Source: Patescibacteria group bacterium (GTDB lineage Bacteria > Patescibacteriota > Minisyncoccia > Phycocordibacterales > Phycocordibacteraceae). Taken from it: a stretch of 64,000 bases of DNA. Below, in pieces: positions 55,055-63,893 of this stretch. The translations under genes and the position numbers were made by a program. The notes beneath the pieces are model-generated. The model worked only from the letters and a program-made list of their open reading frames with translations. It was not told the DNA's origin and searched no databases. The stretch is from NCBI GenBank assembly GCA_004322365.1, contig SCTS01000005.1:67697-131696 (forward strand), read 5' to 3'. Within the stretch, counting starts at the first letter, position 1. The number at the start of each line of letters is the position of its first letter.

Positions 55055-58000
55055 TTAGGAGCGATCAGTCCTATTTCTATTAAATTTTCGTGCCGGTGCG
55101 GAATCAGGATCTGAGCCATCATTGCGTCCTAAAATCACATCGAGACAGAGTCCACGAAGATGGTTGACGAGCACATTGAATGCAGCTGGTGTATGAGTGT
55201 GCTCAATTGGACGACGCTTCACAATGGCATCGAATGCTGCTGAGCGTCCTTGAATATCGTCAGACTTAATAGTGAGCATTTCTCTCAAGGTATACGCAGC
55301 GCCGTATCCGAGGAGTGCCCACACTTCCATTTCTCCGAATCTCTGACCTCCGTTCTGAGCTTTACCGCCGAGTGGCTGTTGCGTAATCAAAGAGTACGGA
55401 CCGATTGAACGCATGTGGATTTTATCTTCCACCATGTGATGAAGTTTCAAGATATACATGTACCCAACTGCAATGTCCTGTGCAAATTGTTCACCTGTGC
55501 GACCGTCAAAGAGTTTCATGGTTCCTGATTCTGCAAAACCTGCAGTCTTCAACTCTCCGCGTATTTCTTTTTCAGTAACACCAGAGAATGAAGGAACGAT
55601 TGCTTGATACTGCAAGGCATTCGCAGCAAGACCTAAGTGCATTTCAAGAACCTGACCCAAGTTCATACGAGAAGGAATACCGAGTGGGGTCAAGATGACA
55701 TCAATTGGCTCTCCGTCAGCGCCGTATGGCATGTCTTCAACTGGCAACACTCTTGAGATAACACCCTTGTTACCGTGGCGACCAGCGAGCTTGTCACCCA
55801 CAGAAACATTTCGAAGCTGTGCGATAGTAATGTAAATTTTCTTGATAGTTCCTGACTCCAAGCTGTTTCCGCGCTCGCGCGAGAACACTTGCACGCCGAT
55901 AACGCGACCACGCTTTCCTCCTTCCATGCGGAGTGATGTGTCTTTAACATCTTTAGCTTTGTCGCCGAAGATCGAGCGGAGCAAACGCTCTTCAGGAGTG
56001 AGTTGTGTTTCACCCTTTGGTGTTACTTTTCCAACAAGAATGTCTCCCGGTCTTACTTCTGCACCAACACGAACAATTCCTTCTTCGTCGAGGTTGCGGA
56101 GTTTTACTTCAGAGACATTAGGAATGTCTGGGGTTGTAATTTCAGGTCCAAGCTTAGTGTCGCGAACTGCTACATCGAATTCCTCGATGTGAATTGTTGA
56201 GAATTTGTTGTTCTGAACCAAACGCTCAGAAATGATGATGGCGTCTTCGTAGTTGTTACCGCTCCAACTCATGAATGCAACTTTGACGTTCTGTCCAAGC
56301 GCAAGCTGTCCGTTGTCTGAAGACGATGTGTCTGCCAAGAGGTCACCACGCTTCACTTTCTGATTCAAAGATACTGATGGGCGGTGATTGAAGCATGAGA
56401 ACTCGTTGGTCATAGAAAATGGCTCCAACTTGTACTCAAGCGACTTCCCTTTTTCATCTTTCACAACAATGCGCTGAGAATCAACAGTAGTAACGGTACC
56501 TGCTTCCTTTGAGTAGATGAGTCGGCCGGTGTCGCGTGCTGCCATTTCTTCAATACCAGTTGCAACGATAGGTGCTTCAGGCTGAACACATGGTGTTGCC
56601 TGCTTTTGCATGTTCGAACCCATGAGCGCTCTGTTTGCGTCATCGTTCTCAACGAATGGAATCATGGATGTAGCGATCGAGAACATCTGGTTCGTTGCGA
56701 TGTCCATGAATTTAATTTCATCTTTTGCAACCAATACTGGTTCACCATGGCGACGAGCTTCTACATAGTCATCAGTGAGTGTGTTGCCGTCGAGCGCAAC
56801 AGCTGCGTGTGCAATTGGATACTGCGCTTCCTCAAATGCGTTCATGTACACAATTTCATCAGTCACCTTGCCCTTCACTACTTTTGCGTACGGAGTTTCG
56901 ATGATACCGAAATCATTAATGCGAGCGTAGGTAGCAAGGCGCAAAATAAGACCGATGTTCTGACCTTCAGGAGTTTGAATTGGACAAAGGCGTCCGTAGT
57001 GTGAGGTGTGAACATCGCGAACTTCAAAGCCTGCGCGTTCACGAGTAAGACCTCCGGGACCGAGTGCTGAAACGGTACGAAGGTTTTCAAGCTCATCCAA
57101 AATGTTTTGCTGAGCTGCGAGCTGTGAAAGCTGGTTTGCAGTAAAGAATTCTTTAATTGCAGCTGCGAGAGGTCGTGGATTTACCAGCTGAGTTGGAAGT
57201 GTTGTTTCAACATCGATTGTCGACATTCTGTCCTGAATGTTTCGCTTCATGCGTGACAAACCAACGCGAACGCGTGCTTCCAAAAGTTCACCAATCTGAC
57301 GAACACGGCGGAAACCGAGGTGGTCGATGTCATCTCCTTCAGCTCCTGGAGTGTTATTGAGTTCAATGATGTGGGAGACAATCAAAACGATGTCGTCCAT
57401 AGAAAGAGTGCGGATATCAAGCTCCTTCTTATCCATCGAAAGGTTGAAGCGTTGATTAAAGCGGTGTCGTCCAGGGTATGAAAGGTCGTATCGTTCTGGA
57501 GAAAAGATGCTTTTCACATATTCACGGGCAGTATCAGGAGTTGCGAGGTCGCCATCGCGGAGTCTTCGGTAGATCTCTATATATGCCTGCTCAATAGCCT
57601 TTGCTGAGTCTTTCTCAAGAGTTGCCTGAATTGCAGCCTTGCCTCCAGGGACACGCTCAAAAAGCGTGACGAGGTCACGGTCAAACGATGCACCAAGAAC
57701 GCGAAGCAATGTGGTGACAGGAAACTTTCGCTTGCGGTCAATCTTCACGAAAATAGCACCGTCAGCTTCTGAATCGATTTCAATCCATGCACCTCGTGCT
57801 GGAATAATTTTTGCACCGAAGCAAACCTTTCCGCGCATTTCACCTGCTGAAAAGAACACGCCGAAAGAACGCGCAAGCTGGGGAATGATGACACGCTCAA
57901 CACCATTGATGATAAAGGTGCCGTGTTCGGTCATTATAGGAAAATCAGCAAGGAAAATTGGTTGCTCTTTTTTAGAGCCGAGCATTTTATTAGTGAGACG

Positions 58001-58273
58001 AACCGTAGCCTTGAGTGGCGCGTCGTAGGTCATCTTCTGCTCCTTTGCTCCGTACTCGTCAATTTTTGGTTCACCCAATTCAAAAGAAACGAGTTCGAGT
58101 TCGAACTTCTTTTTTGAATAGTCGACGATTGGGGAAAATTCTTTGAAAAGTTCTTTCAATCCCTCAGAAATGAATTCACGGAAACTCGCCACCTGTGGTG
58201 CAACGAGGTCTGGCATAGGAACACGAGGCGCGCGGTACTTAGAGAATTTTTTCTGAGGTAGTGATTTTGCCAT
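55055..58273 (-). CDS. rpoB: RNA polymerase beta subunit
   Basis: SALGPGGL, RALMGSNMQ, GDKLAGRHGNKGV and GGQRFGEMEVWAL motifs. Confidence 0.99.
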   Translation of the reverse strand: MAKSLPQKKFSKYRAPRVPMPDLVAPQVASFREFISEGLKELFKEFSPIVDYSKKKFELELVSFELGEPKIDEYGAKEQKMTYDAPLKATVRLTNKMLGSKKEQPIFLADFPIMTEHGTFIINGVERVIIPQLARSFGVFFSAGEMRGKVCFGAKIIPARGAWIEIDSEADGAIFVKIDRKRKFPVTTLLRVLGASFDRDLVTLFERVPGGKAAIQATLEKDSAKAIEQAYIEIYRRLRDGDLATPDTAREYVKSIFSPERYDLSYPGRHRFNQRFNLSMDKKELDIRTLSMDDIVLIVSHIIELNNTPGAEGDDIDHLGFRRVRQIGELLEARVRVGLSRMKRNIQDRMSTIDVETTLPTQLVNPRPLAAAIKEFFTANQLSQLAAQQNILDELENLRTVSALGPGGLTRERAGFEVRDVHTSHYGRLCPIQTPEGQNIGLILRLATYARINDFGIIETPYAKVVKGKVTDEIVYMNAFEEAQYPIAHAAVALDGNTLTDDYVEARRHGEPVLVAKDEIKFMDIATNQMFSIATSMIPFVENDDANRALMGSNMQKQATPCVQPEAPIVATGIEEMAARDTGRLIYSKEAGTVTTVDSQRIVVKDEKGKSLEYKLEPFSMTNEFSCFNHRPSVSLNQKVKRGDLLADTSSSDNGQLALGQNVKVAFMSWSGNNYEDAIIISERLVQNNKFSTIHIEEFDVAVRDTKLGPEITTPDIPNVSEVKLRNLDEEGIVRVGAEVRPGDILVGKVTPKGETQLTPEERLLRSIFGDKAKDVKDTSLRMEGGKRGRVIGVQVFSRERGNSLESGTIKKIYITIAQLRNVSVGDKLAGRHGNKGVISRVLPVEDMPYGADGEPIDVILTPLGIPSRMNLGQVLEMHLGLAANALQYQAIVPSFSGVTEKEIRGELKTAGFAESGTMKLFDGRTGEQFAQDIAVGYMYILKLHHMVEDKIHMRSIGPYSLITQQPLGGKAQNGGQRFGEMEVWALLGYGAAYTLREMLTIKSDDIQGRSAAFDAIVKRRPIEHTHTPAAFNVLVNHLRGLCLDVILGRNDGSDPDSAPARKFNRNRTDRS

Positions 58274-58430
58274 ATATTATAGTAGCCGAAATAAATAATA
58301 AGAGCGCAGACGACACGCAAAAAGCGCGCCCTGCGTTTTTCTTCTATGGGGTACTAAAAATCAAAACCCACTAACCCAATACACAATCAAAAGTGGTTAC
58401 AAAAGAGTATAGCTGAAGGCTCTGGAGCGG

Positions 58431-59282
58431 TCAAGCCAGAGCCTCTGGAGAAATGGCTTTTGGCTCCACGACCTCAAATGTCAGAGGGTCGTAATAGATA
58501 CGGTCGTAGATTTCAAAGGGTTTGCCAACGAGACCACCCTTCCCTTCTGGCGTTCCATCGAGCTTCCATTTGTCATAGTACGCAAGATAGTTGCCTCCAC
58601 CATCTTTCCCGAGCGTCAGTTTGTATCCACCCATAATGCCGTTTTGCCTATCCTCGTTATACATTCCGCCAACATTCTGAGCACGCATCTCATCATCATA
58701 TGAAGCTCGTTCAACAGCCCGCTGTATGGTTACACCCTCAGGTTTCTTAAACCACCTCCGATCTTCTTCAGTGATTCCACTTTTGAAACCTTTGATTTGG
58801 TAATAGTAAATATCGTCCGTACTTTTTTCTGGTTTAAAATCAGAAATACCAAAAGTATCGTGAAGCTGCGGGAGACCAAGATACATACGCCATGCGTCCA
58901 TATTTTTTAGATTCGCTGTGGCGGTAATTCCTGCATCCTTCCCAAGGAAATGCGTTGCTGCATCCTTCAGACGAGAAGCCAATTCTCCAAGCGACTCTGG
59001 GTAATTCAAATCAGGATTAATTCCTTGAGCCAACGCTTCGCTAATTTCAGGCTTATACGCAGTGCGTTGAAAGTCTGTGATGCCATTCATATGTAGCTGT
59101 TCCGCCGCATTAAAACGCTCAGCAAATGTACCGAGTGGTTGCTTCACTGATTCTCTAGAAGAGCCAGCGAGACCAGAAACCAAAACTGCGGCACCGAGTT
59201 TAAGTGTTCTCCTCTTTTTTGGATCCCTAGGTTCCTCATCCGATGATGACTTCTCTCGTGGAGCACCGCCGAACAATTTCAT
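58431..59282 (-). CDS. hypothetical protein with twin-arginine-like N-terminal segment
   Basis: KKRRTLKLGAAVLVSGLAG; C-terminal YYDKWKL...GKPFEIYDRIYY. Confidence 0.7.
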   Translation of the reverse strand: MKLFGGAPREKSSSDEEPRDPKKRRTLKLGAAVLVSGLAGSSRESVKQPLGTFAERFNAAEQLHMNGITDFQRTAYKPEISEALAQGINPDLNYPESLGELASRLKDAATHFLGKDAGITATANLKNMDAWRMYLGLPQLHDTFGISDFKPEKSTDDIYYYQIKGFKSGITEEDRRWFKKPEGVTIQRAVERASYDDEMRAQNVGGMYNEDRQNGIMGGYKLTLGKDGGGNYLAYYDKWKLDGTPEGKGGLVGKPFEIYDRIYYDPLTFEVVEPKAISPEALA

Positions 59283-59310
59283 AGCATCATTTTATCACCT
59301 ACCTCAATCA

Positions 59311-59335
59311 ATGTGGGACATCGTATGTCCCACAT
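59311..59335. repeat. 25-nt palindrome, family B, intergenic copy
   Basis: ATGTGGGACAT-CGT-ATGTCCCACAT; identical to 59742..59766. Confidence 0.9.
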
Positions 59336-59428
59336 TTACATGGTGTTCCTAGTCGTCCCTCCTAAAACCTGCCTCGTGGACGAGACATCGGAAATTCCGG
59401 CTTCGCGGGATCGAAAAAAAACAGAAAA

Positions 59429-60112
59429 CTATTTCTGTTTTTTCCATTCTTCAATTTTTTTATGATCTCCAGATAACAAAACTTTTGGGACACGGAGCTT
59501 CTTACCTTTCCACACCAGCACCTCTGGACGCGTGTACACCTCAGAACTTGAGATACGCTCCTCTTCTATTGATTCAAAGGTACCTAAGACTCCTGGGATT
59601 TGCCGTGCCACGGCATCAATAACCACCATTGCTGGCAACTCCCCTCCTGTAAGCGTATAAGAACCAATGGAAATCTTCTTGGCTTTCAATATTTTCTGAA
59701 CCCGAGCATCAATACCTTCATAGTGCCCGCATATCAACACTATGTGGGACATCGTATGTCCCACATGTGAGTGCTTCGCAAGAGTGCGTGCATCAGCGTT
59801 CGTGAATTGTTTTCCTGATGCATCAAAAAAATACACAATGCCTTTTTTCATTCCTAAAGCTTTCGTGACTGCTTTTAAAAATGGCTCCGCCTGAAGCACC
59901 ATACCAGGGCCTCCGCCGTACGGACGACCATCTACTTTTATGTACGGCTTTTCGGTTTTTTTAGTAACTTTTACAAAATCGCGAGGATTATAAAACTTAA
60001 CCGACACATGCTTTTCACGAATTGCTCGTCCAACAATTGACGAAGCGAGGTACGACTCAAACGCCTCCGGGAAAAGCGTAACTACATGAAAAGTTAGTGC
60101 GGTTTTTTTCAT
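59429..60112 (-). CDS. trmD: tRNA (guanine37-N1)-methyltransferase
   Basis: VTLFPE, RPYGGGPGMV, LICGHYEGID and SIGSYTLTGGE motifs. Confidence 0.97.
   Translation of the reverse strand: MKKTALTFHVVTLFPEAFESYLASSIVGRAIREKHVSVKFYNPRDFVKVTKKTEKPYIKVDGRPYGGGPGMVLQAEPFLKAVTKALGMKKGIVYFFDASGKQFTNADARTLAKHSHVGHTMSHIVLICGHYEGIDARVQKILKAKKISIGSYTLTGGELPAMVVIDAVARQIPGVLGTFESIEEERISSSEVYTRPEVLVWKGKKLRVPKVLLSGDHKKIEEWKKQK
59742..59766. repeat. 25-nt palindrome, family B, in frame within trmD
   Basis: Identical to 59311..59335; read on the minus strand within HVGHTMSHI. Confidence 0.9.
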
Positions 60113-60120
60113 CTCAAAAA

Positions 60121-60297
60121 CTAAACATCTATATCAAGCCTTCCACCCCAATTTGGACCTGGGTCAGATCGTTTTCTTTTGGGCTTTGAAGTATCCGTAG
60201 GTTTTTCTACTTTTGGAGTAGGGTATTTTGGTGCGTGGCCACGAGGCTTACGACCTGGAAACCAAGTGCCTTCTGCTGGTCCTATTTTCCATACCAT
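60121..60297 (-). CDS. small basic Pro-rich hypothetical protein
   Basis: MVWKIGPAEG...; TATAAT 6 nt upstream of ATG 60297. Confidence 0.5.
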   Translation of the reverse strand: MVWKIGPAEGTWFPGRKPRGHAPKYPTPKVEKPTDTSKPKRKRSDPGPNWGGRLDIDV

Positions 60298-60343
60298 TTT
60301 TAAATTATACAACAAAACAAAAGAAACACAAAACCTTCAAATA

Positions 60344-60373
60344 AAAAACGCCCCGATTAATCGGGGCGTTTTT
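60344..60373 (-). terminator. intrinsic terminator after the KH gene
   Basis: AAAAACGCCCCGATTAATCGGGGCGTTTTT. Confidence 0.8.
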
Positions 60374-60394
60374 GTGTTCGATGCGAGATAGATA

Positions 60395-60811
60395 TTAGAG
60401 GCGGAGATCTTCAAGTGCTTCATCGACAGAGCGAGATGCTGCACCTTGCTCTCCCCTGTCTACTGGAGCGGAGAAAGAAGGAGCACTCATTGGAGAGCTT
60501 GAGCCAGAACTTCCCATGGATGAGCTTCCCATAAAGCCAGTGCCCATAGGGCGACTACCACCTGCTGGTTCATTAATTTTCAAATTGACTCGCGCATTGT
60601 TTTTCATGCCAACGACACGAAGAAGAATACGAATTGCCTTTGCGGTGTTGCCTGAGCGACCGATCACCTTACCCATGTCTGCTGGATTTACATCCATCGT
60701 AAGTAAAACACCCATCTCGTCTACCTGACGGTTAACCTTCACATCGCTTGGATTATCGACAAGCATCTTAACTACATATTCCAGAAATTCCTGATCCTGA
60801 TTGTTATCCAT
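60395..60811 (-). CDS. khpA: KH-domain RNA-binding protein (KhpA/YlqC) with low-complexity tail
   Basis: LVDNPSDV and DMGKVIGRSGNTAKAIR; upstream of trmD. Confidence 0.9.
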   Translation of the reverse strand: MDNNQDQEFLEYVVKMLVDNPSDVKVNRQVDEMGVLLTMDVNPADMGKVIGRSGNTAKAIRILLRVVGMKNNARVNLKINEPAGGSRPMGTGFMGSSSMGSSGSSSPMSAPSFSAPVDRGEQGAASRSVDEALEDLRL

Positions 60812-60988
60812 AGCGGGATATTTATCTTTGTAAATCAGCCTAAATCAGCTGTTAAAAACAGTATCATCCATAAGCACTAAATGGTCAACTCATTCGGTCG
60901 TATAGCTCTATACGCCCTTGAATATGCGCTTAATCGAGGCGAAAACTCAACCCTGGCTCTTGCATCCTAAACTCGATACACTAGCACT

Positions 60989-62389
60989 ATGTCTTCCCCA
61001 ACCACCTTTATTGTTTTTGGTGCTACTGGGGATCTTGCTGCGAAGAAAGTAATTCCTGCTCTTTTTTATCTATTTGAAAAGGGCAAACTCCCTGCGGGCT
61101 TTAACATTGTTGGCGTATCACGAAAAGCAATGGAGCAGAGTGAATTCCGGGAACGCATGGGTAGCATAATCCGGAAATATTCACGCGGAAATGTAGATCA
61201 ACGTGCACTTGATCGTTTTGTTGACCTCTTCACATTTAGTGCGGTGCAATTTGATGAAGAATCAGGATATCAAGAACTTGCAAGTGCACTCGACACAAAA
61301 GATCGCTCACAAGGAAAAACAAATCGCCTTCTGTATCTTGCTCTCCCTCCAAAAACATTACCGTCAATTTTCACACACTCCGGTTTTCAAAATATTGTGA
61401 GACAGGGAGTTGTCGGCGGACTCCTCTCAAGAGTCATCGTTGAAAAACCTTTTGGTGTGGATGCCGAGTCCGCTGAAGTGCTCGAAAAAAGTCTCACCAC
61501 TTGTTTTACCGAGGAGCAAATATACCGGGTTGACCATTATCTTGCGAAAGACATTCTGCAGAGTGTTACCGATTTCCGTTTCGACAACAACTTGCTCGAG
61601 CATGAATGGAATAGTGATTCAATAGAATCAATACGCGTTCGCCTATGGGAAACCTTGGGCGTAGAAAGTCGCGGAGAATTTTATGACCACACAGGAGCAT
61701 TTCGAGATGTCGGACAAAGCCACATGCTTGAGATGCTCGCTCTGATAACTATGGAAAAGCCTGACAGTTACGGCGCCAAAGACTTGCGCCTCAAGCGCCT
61801 AGAAATACTTCGCGCATTAAAGACACCCGCTTCTGATACAGCAACCCGATCGACATTCCGAGCCCAACATACTGGCTACCGTTCAATTGCAGGTATAGAC
61901 CCTGAATCAACTACCGAGACATATTTTAGTCTCCGTACCGAAATCGACACCCCTCGTTGGAAAGGCGTGCCAATGTACTTGGAAGCAGGAAAACGAATGC
62001 ATGAGGCAAGAAAAGAGATTGTTATTTCATTCAAAGCTCCTTATAAAAATAAGGTCGTCTTTAGATTAGAGCCCGAAGAAGAAATCGTGATTGATTTTAT
62101 TACGAAGAAACCTGGTGTTCTTGAAAGTGGAATCGAAAAACGAGCGTTCACATTCAAGCTGTATGAAACCCCTTCGCGAACACAATACATTGCTGAATAC
62201 GCAAAGATGATACTCGATGCAATCGATGGCGACCAAAAACTTTTCGTGAGTGCAGACGAGGTACGAGCAACATGGAAATTTACCGATGCTGTGCGCGCGC
62301 TCTGGAAAAACAACCTTGTTCCCCTTGCCTCGTACGCACCAGATACTGATGAAGCAGTTGTTCAAGCGAATGCTATTATTTTGAAATGA
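60989..62389 (+). CDS. zwf: glucose-6-phosphate 1-dehydrogenase
   Basis: FGATGDLA, VEKPFG, RVDHYLAK and RWKGVP motifs. Confidence 0.96.
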   Translation: MSSPTTFIVFGATGDLAAKKVIPALFYLFEKGKLPAGFNIVGVSRKAMEQSEFRERMGSIIRKYSRGNVDQRALDRFVDLFTFSAVQFDEESGYQELASALDTKDRSQGKTNRLLYLALPPKTLPSIFTHSGFQNIVRQGVVGGLLSRVIVEKPFGVDAESAEVLEKSLTTCFTEEQIYRVDHYLAKDILQSVTDFRFDNNLLEHEWNSDSIESIRVRLWETLGVESRGEFYDHTGAFRDVGQSHMLEMLALITMEKPDSYGAKDLRLKRLEILRALKTPASDTATRSTFRAQHTGYRSIAGIDPESTTETYFSLRTEIDTPRWKGVPMYLEAGKRMHEARKEIVISFKAPYKNKVVFRLEPEEEIVIDFITKKPGVLESGIEKRAFTFKLYETPSRTQYIAEYAKMILDAIDGDQKLFVSADEVRATWKFTDAVRALWKNNLVPLASYAPDTDEAVVQANAIILK

Positions 62390-63300
62390 AAAAAGAAATC
62401 GCAATAGTTGGTTTGGGAAAGATGGGTGGTGCGATGGCTCGCCGAATGATGGAAAAAGGATGGAAGGTAGTTGGTCTTGATTACAATCCAGAGACCGCAG
62501 AAAAACTTCGAAACGAAGGGGTTGTGCCCGTAAAAACTTATACGGAAATGGCAACTTCCCTAACTCCTCAAAGAATTGCGTGGCTTTTGGTACCAGCAGG
62601 TAAAGCGGTTGATGAGGCACTCTTTGGCCAAGGTGGAATTGCAGAATCATTTTCGGCAGGCGACATTGTTATTGACGGAGGAAACTCATTTTATAAAGAT
62701 GCTGCAGCTCGTGCAGAACGCCTCAAAGAAAAAGGTATTCACTTTATTGATGTTGGTACATCAGGCGGACCCGCAGGAGCCAGAAACGGAGCCTGTCTTA
62801 TGATTGGAGGATCTAAAGAAGGGTTTGAAAATATTGAAGGGCTCTTTAAAGATTTCGCAAAAGAAGGCGGGTACCAGTTTTTTGAAGGAGCTGGTGCTGG
62901 GCATTTTGTGAAGATGGTTCACAACGGTATTGAATACGGAATGATGCAAGCGTTAGGTGAAGGGTTTGAAGTTATGGAGAAGTCAGAATTTAATCTTGAC
63001 CTTCCTCGTGTTGCAAAGATTTATAACAACGGGTCAGTCATTGAATCTCGCCTCGTAGGATGGCTTGAGAGTGCATTCAAAGACCACGGCCCAACACTTG
63101 AAGGCGTTTCAAGCACCGTCTCACACACAGGCGAAGGCGAATGGACAATAAAGACTGCAAACGAAATGGGTATAGATGTACCCGTCATCCGTGAATCCTT
63201 TGATTACCGAGTTCAATCAGCAAACAATCCTCGCTACACAGGGAAAGTGGTATCAGCTTTGCGTGAGCAATTTGGAGGTCACGATGTAAGGGCGCTCTAA
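62386..63300 (+). CDS. gnd: 6-phosphogluconate dehydrogenase, decarboxylating (short form)
   Basis: GLGKMG, IDGGNS, GTSGG and HFVKMVHNGIEYG; ATGA overlap with zwf. Confidence 0.96.
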   Translation: MKKEIAIVGLGKMGGAMARRMMEKGWKVVGLDYNPETAEKLRNEGVVPVKTYTEMATSLTPQRIAWLLVPAGKAVDEALFGQGGIAESFSAGDIVIDGGNSFYKDAAARAERLKEKGIHFIDVGTSGGPAGARNGACLMIGGSKEGFENIEGLFKDFAKEGGYQFFEGAGAGHFVKMVHNGIEYGMMQALGEGFEVMEKSEFNLDLPRVAKIYNNGSVIESRLVGWLESAFKDHGPTLEGVSSTVSHTGEGEWTIKTANEMGIDVPVIRESFDYRVQSANNPRYTGKVVSALREQFGGHDVRAL

Positions 63301-63383
63301 GATTCGCTCCCTTTCTGACATCCTCGACTCGGCACTACTAAAGAAACTTTCATAGTGCCCTCGTTCTACGTCGTCAGTTAAAG

Positions 63384-63408
63384 AAAAATCCGCCTTAGGC
63401 GGATTTTT
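63384..63408. terminator. bidirectional intrinsic terminator
   Basis: AAAAATCCGCC-TTA-GGCGGATTTTT between convergent genes. Confidence 0.8.
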
Positions 63409-63575
63409 TATTGACCGCTCGTTCGGCGAGCAATCTCCTTTTCAAGATCGTCAATCACATCTTGCCATCCTAGTGTAGGAGGCGGAACTGATTGCGTTCT
63501 GAGTTTCTTACGTGCATCTGCAAGCTGTTGACGAAGATCGGCAAGAGTTGGTTCTGGATGAACTTCAAAGGCCAT
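63408..63575 (-). CDS. small helical hypothetical protein (55 aa)
   Basis: Manual ORF MAFEVHPEPTLADLRQQLADARKKLRTQSVPPPTLGWQDVIDDLEKEIARRTSGQ*, ending at the terminator. Confidence 0.55.
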   Translation of the reverse strand: MAFEVHPEPTLADLRQQLADARKKLRTQSVPPPTLGWQDVIDDLEKEIARRTSGQ

Positions 63576-63669
63576 AAAAAAGATTTTAATTAAGAATTGA
63601 CGAAACTTTTACTCTTACTCTAATATTTTATTAAAAACGCAGAAAAATAAACCACCTCGGATTAGTTTT

Positions 63670-63876
63670 TTAATACAACTCATGTCTACCCTGACGGGAT
63701 AGTTCCTCTTCGAGAACTGTTTTATGCCTTATACCAATGTCTGACCAAGCGTTCGCTCTATTCGTATTTCCATTTCTGCGCGCTTTTCTCATCATGCTTA
63801 TTGCATAAGCTAGACGAGCCCTAAGAGAGTCTAGGTGGCGTTCGCTTCCATGGTAACTGTTTCTTTCCGCTACCAT
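63670..63876 (-). CDS. small hypothetical protein
   Basis: 68-aa ORF. Confidence 0.5.
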   Translation of the reverse strand: MVAERNSYHGSERHLDSLRARLAYAISMMRKARRNGNTNRANAWSDIGIRHKTVLEEELSRQGRHELY

Positions 63877-63893
63877 AATAACAAATCTTGAAA

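Noticed and set aside
51327-58273. Inteins, splits or frameshifts in rpoB/rpoC, and the many antisense ORFs over them
   Set aside because: Both genes are continuous and compact with no intein motifs. Antisense ORFs here and over other long genes are codon-bias shadows.
58300-58343. Hairpin upstream of rpoB (GCGCAG...CTGCGT)
   Set aside because: Could be a terminator or leader element, but a single imperfect stem is not enough for a call.
59343-59415. GC-rich short hairpins downstream of trmD
   Set aside because: No tRNA fold and no second copy in the window; possibly a decayed repeat.
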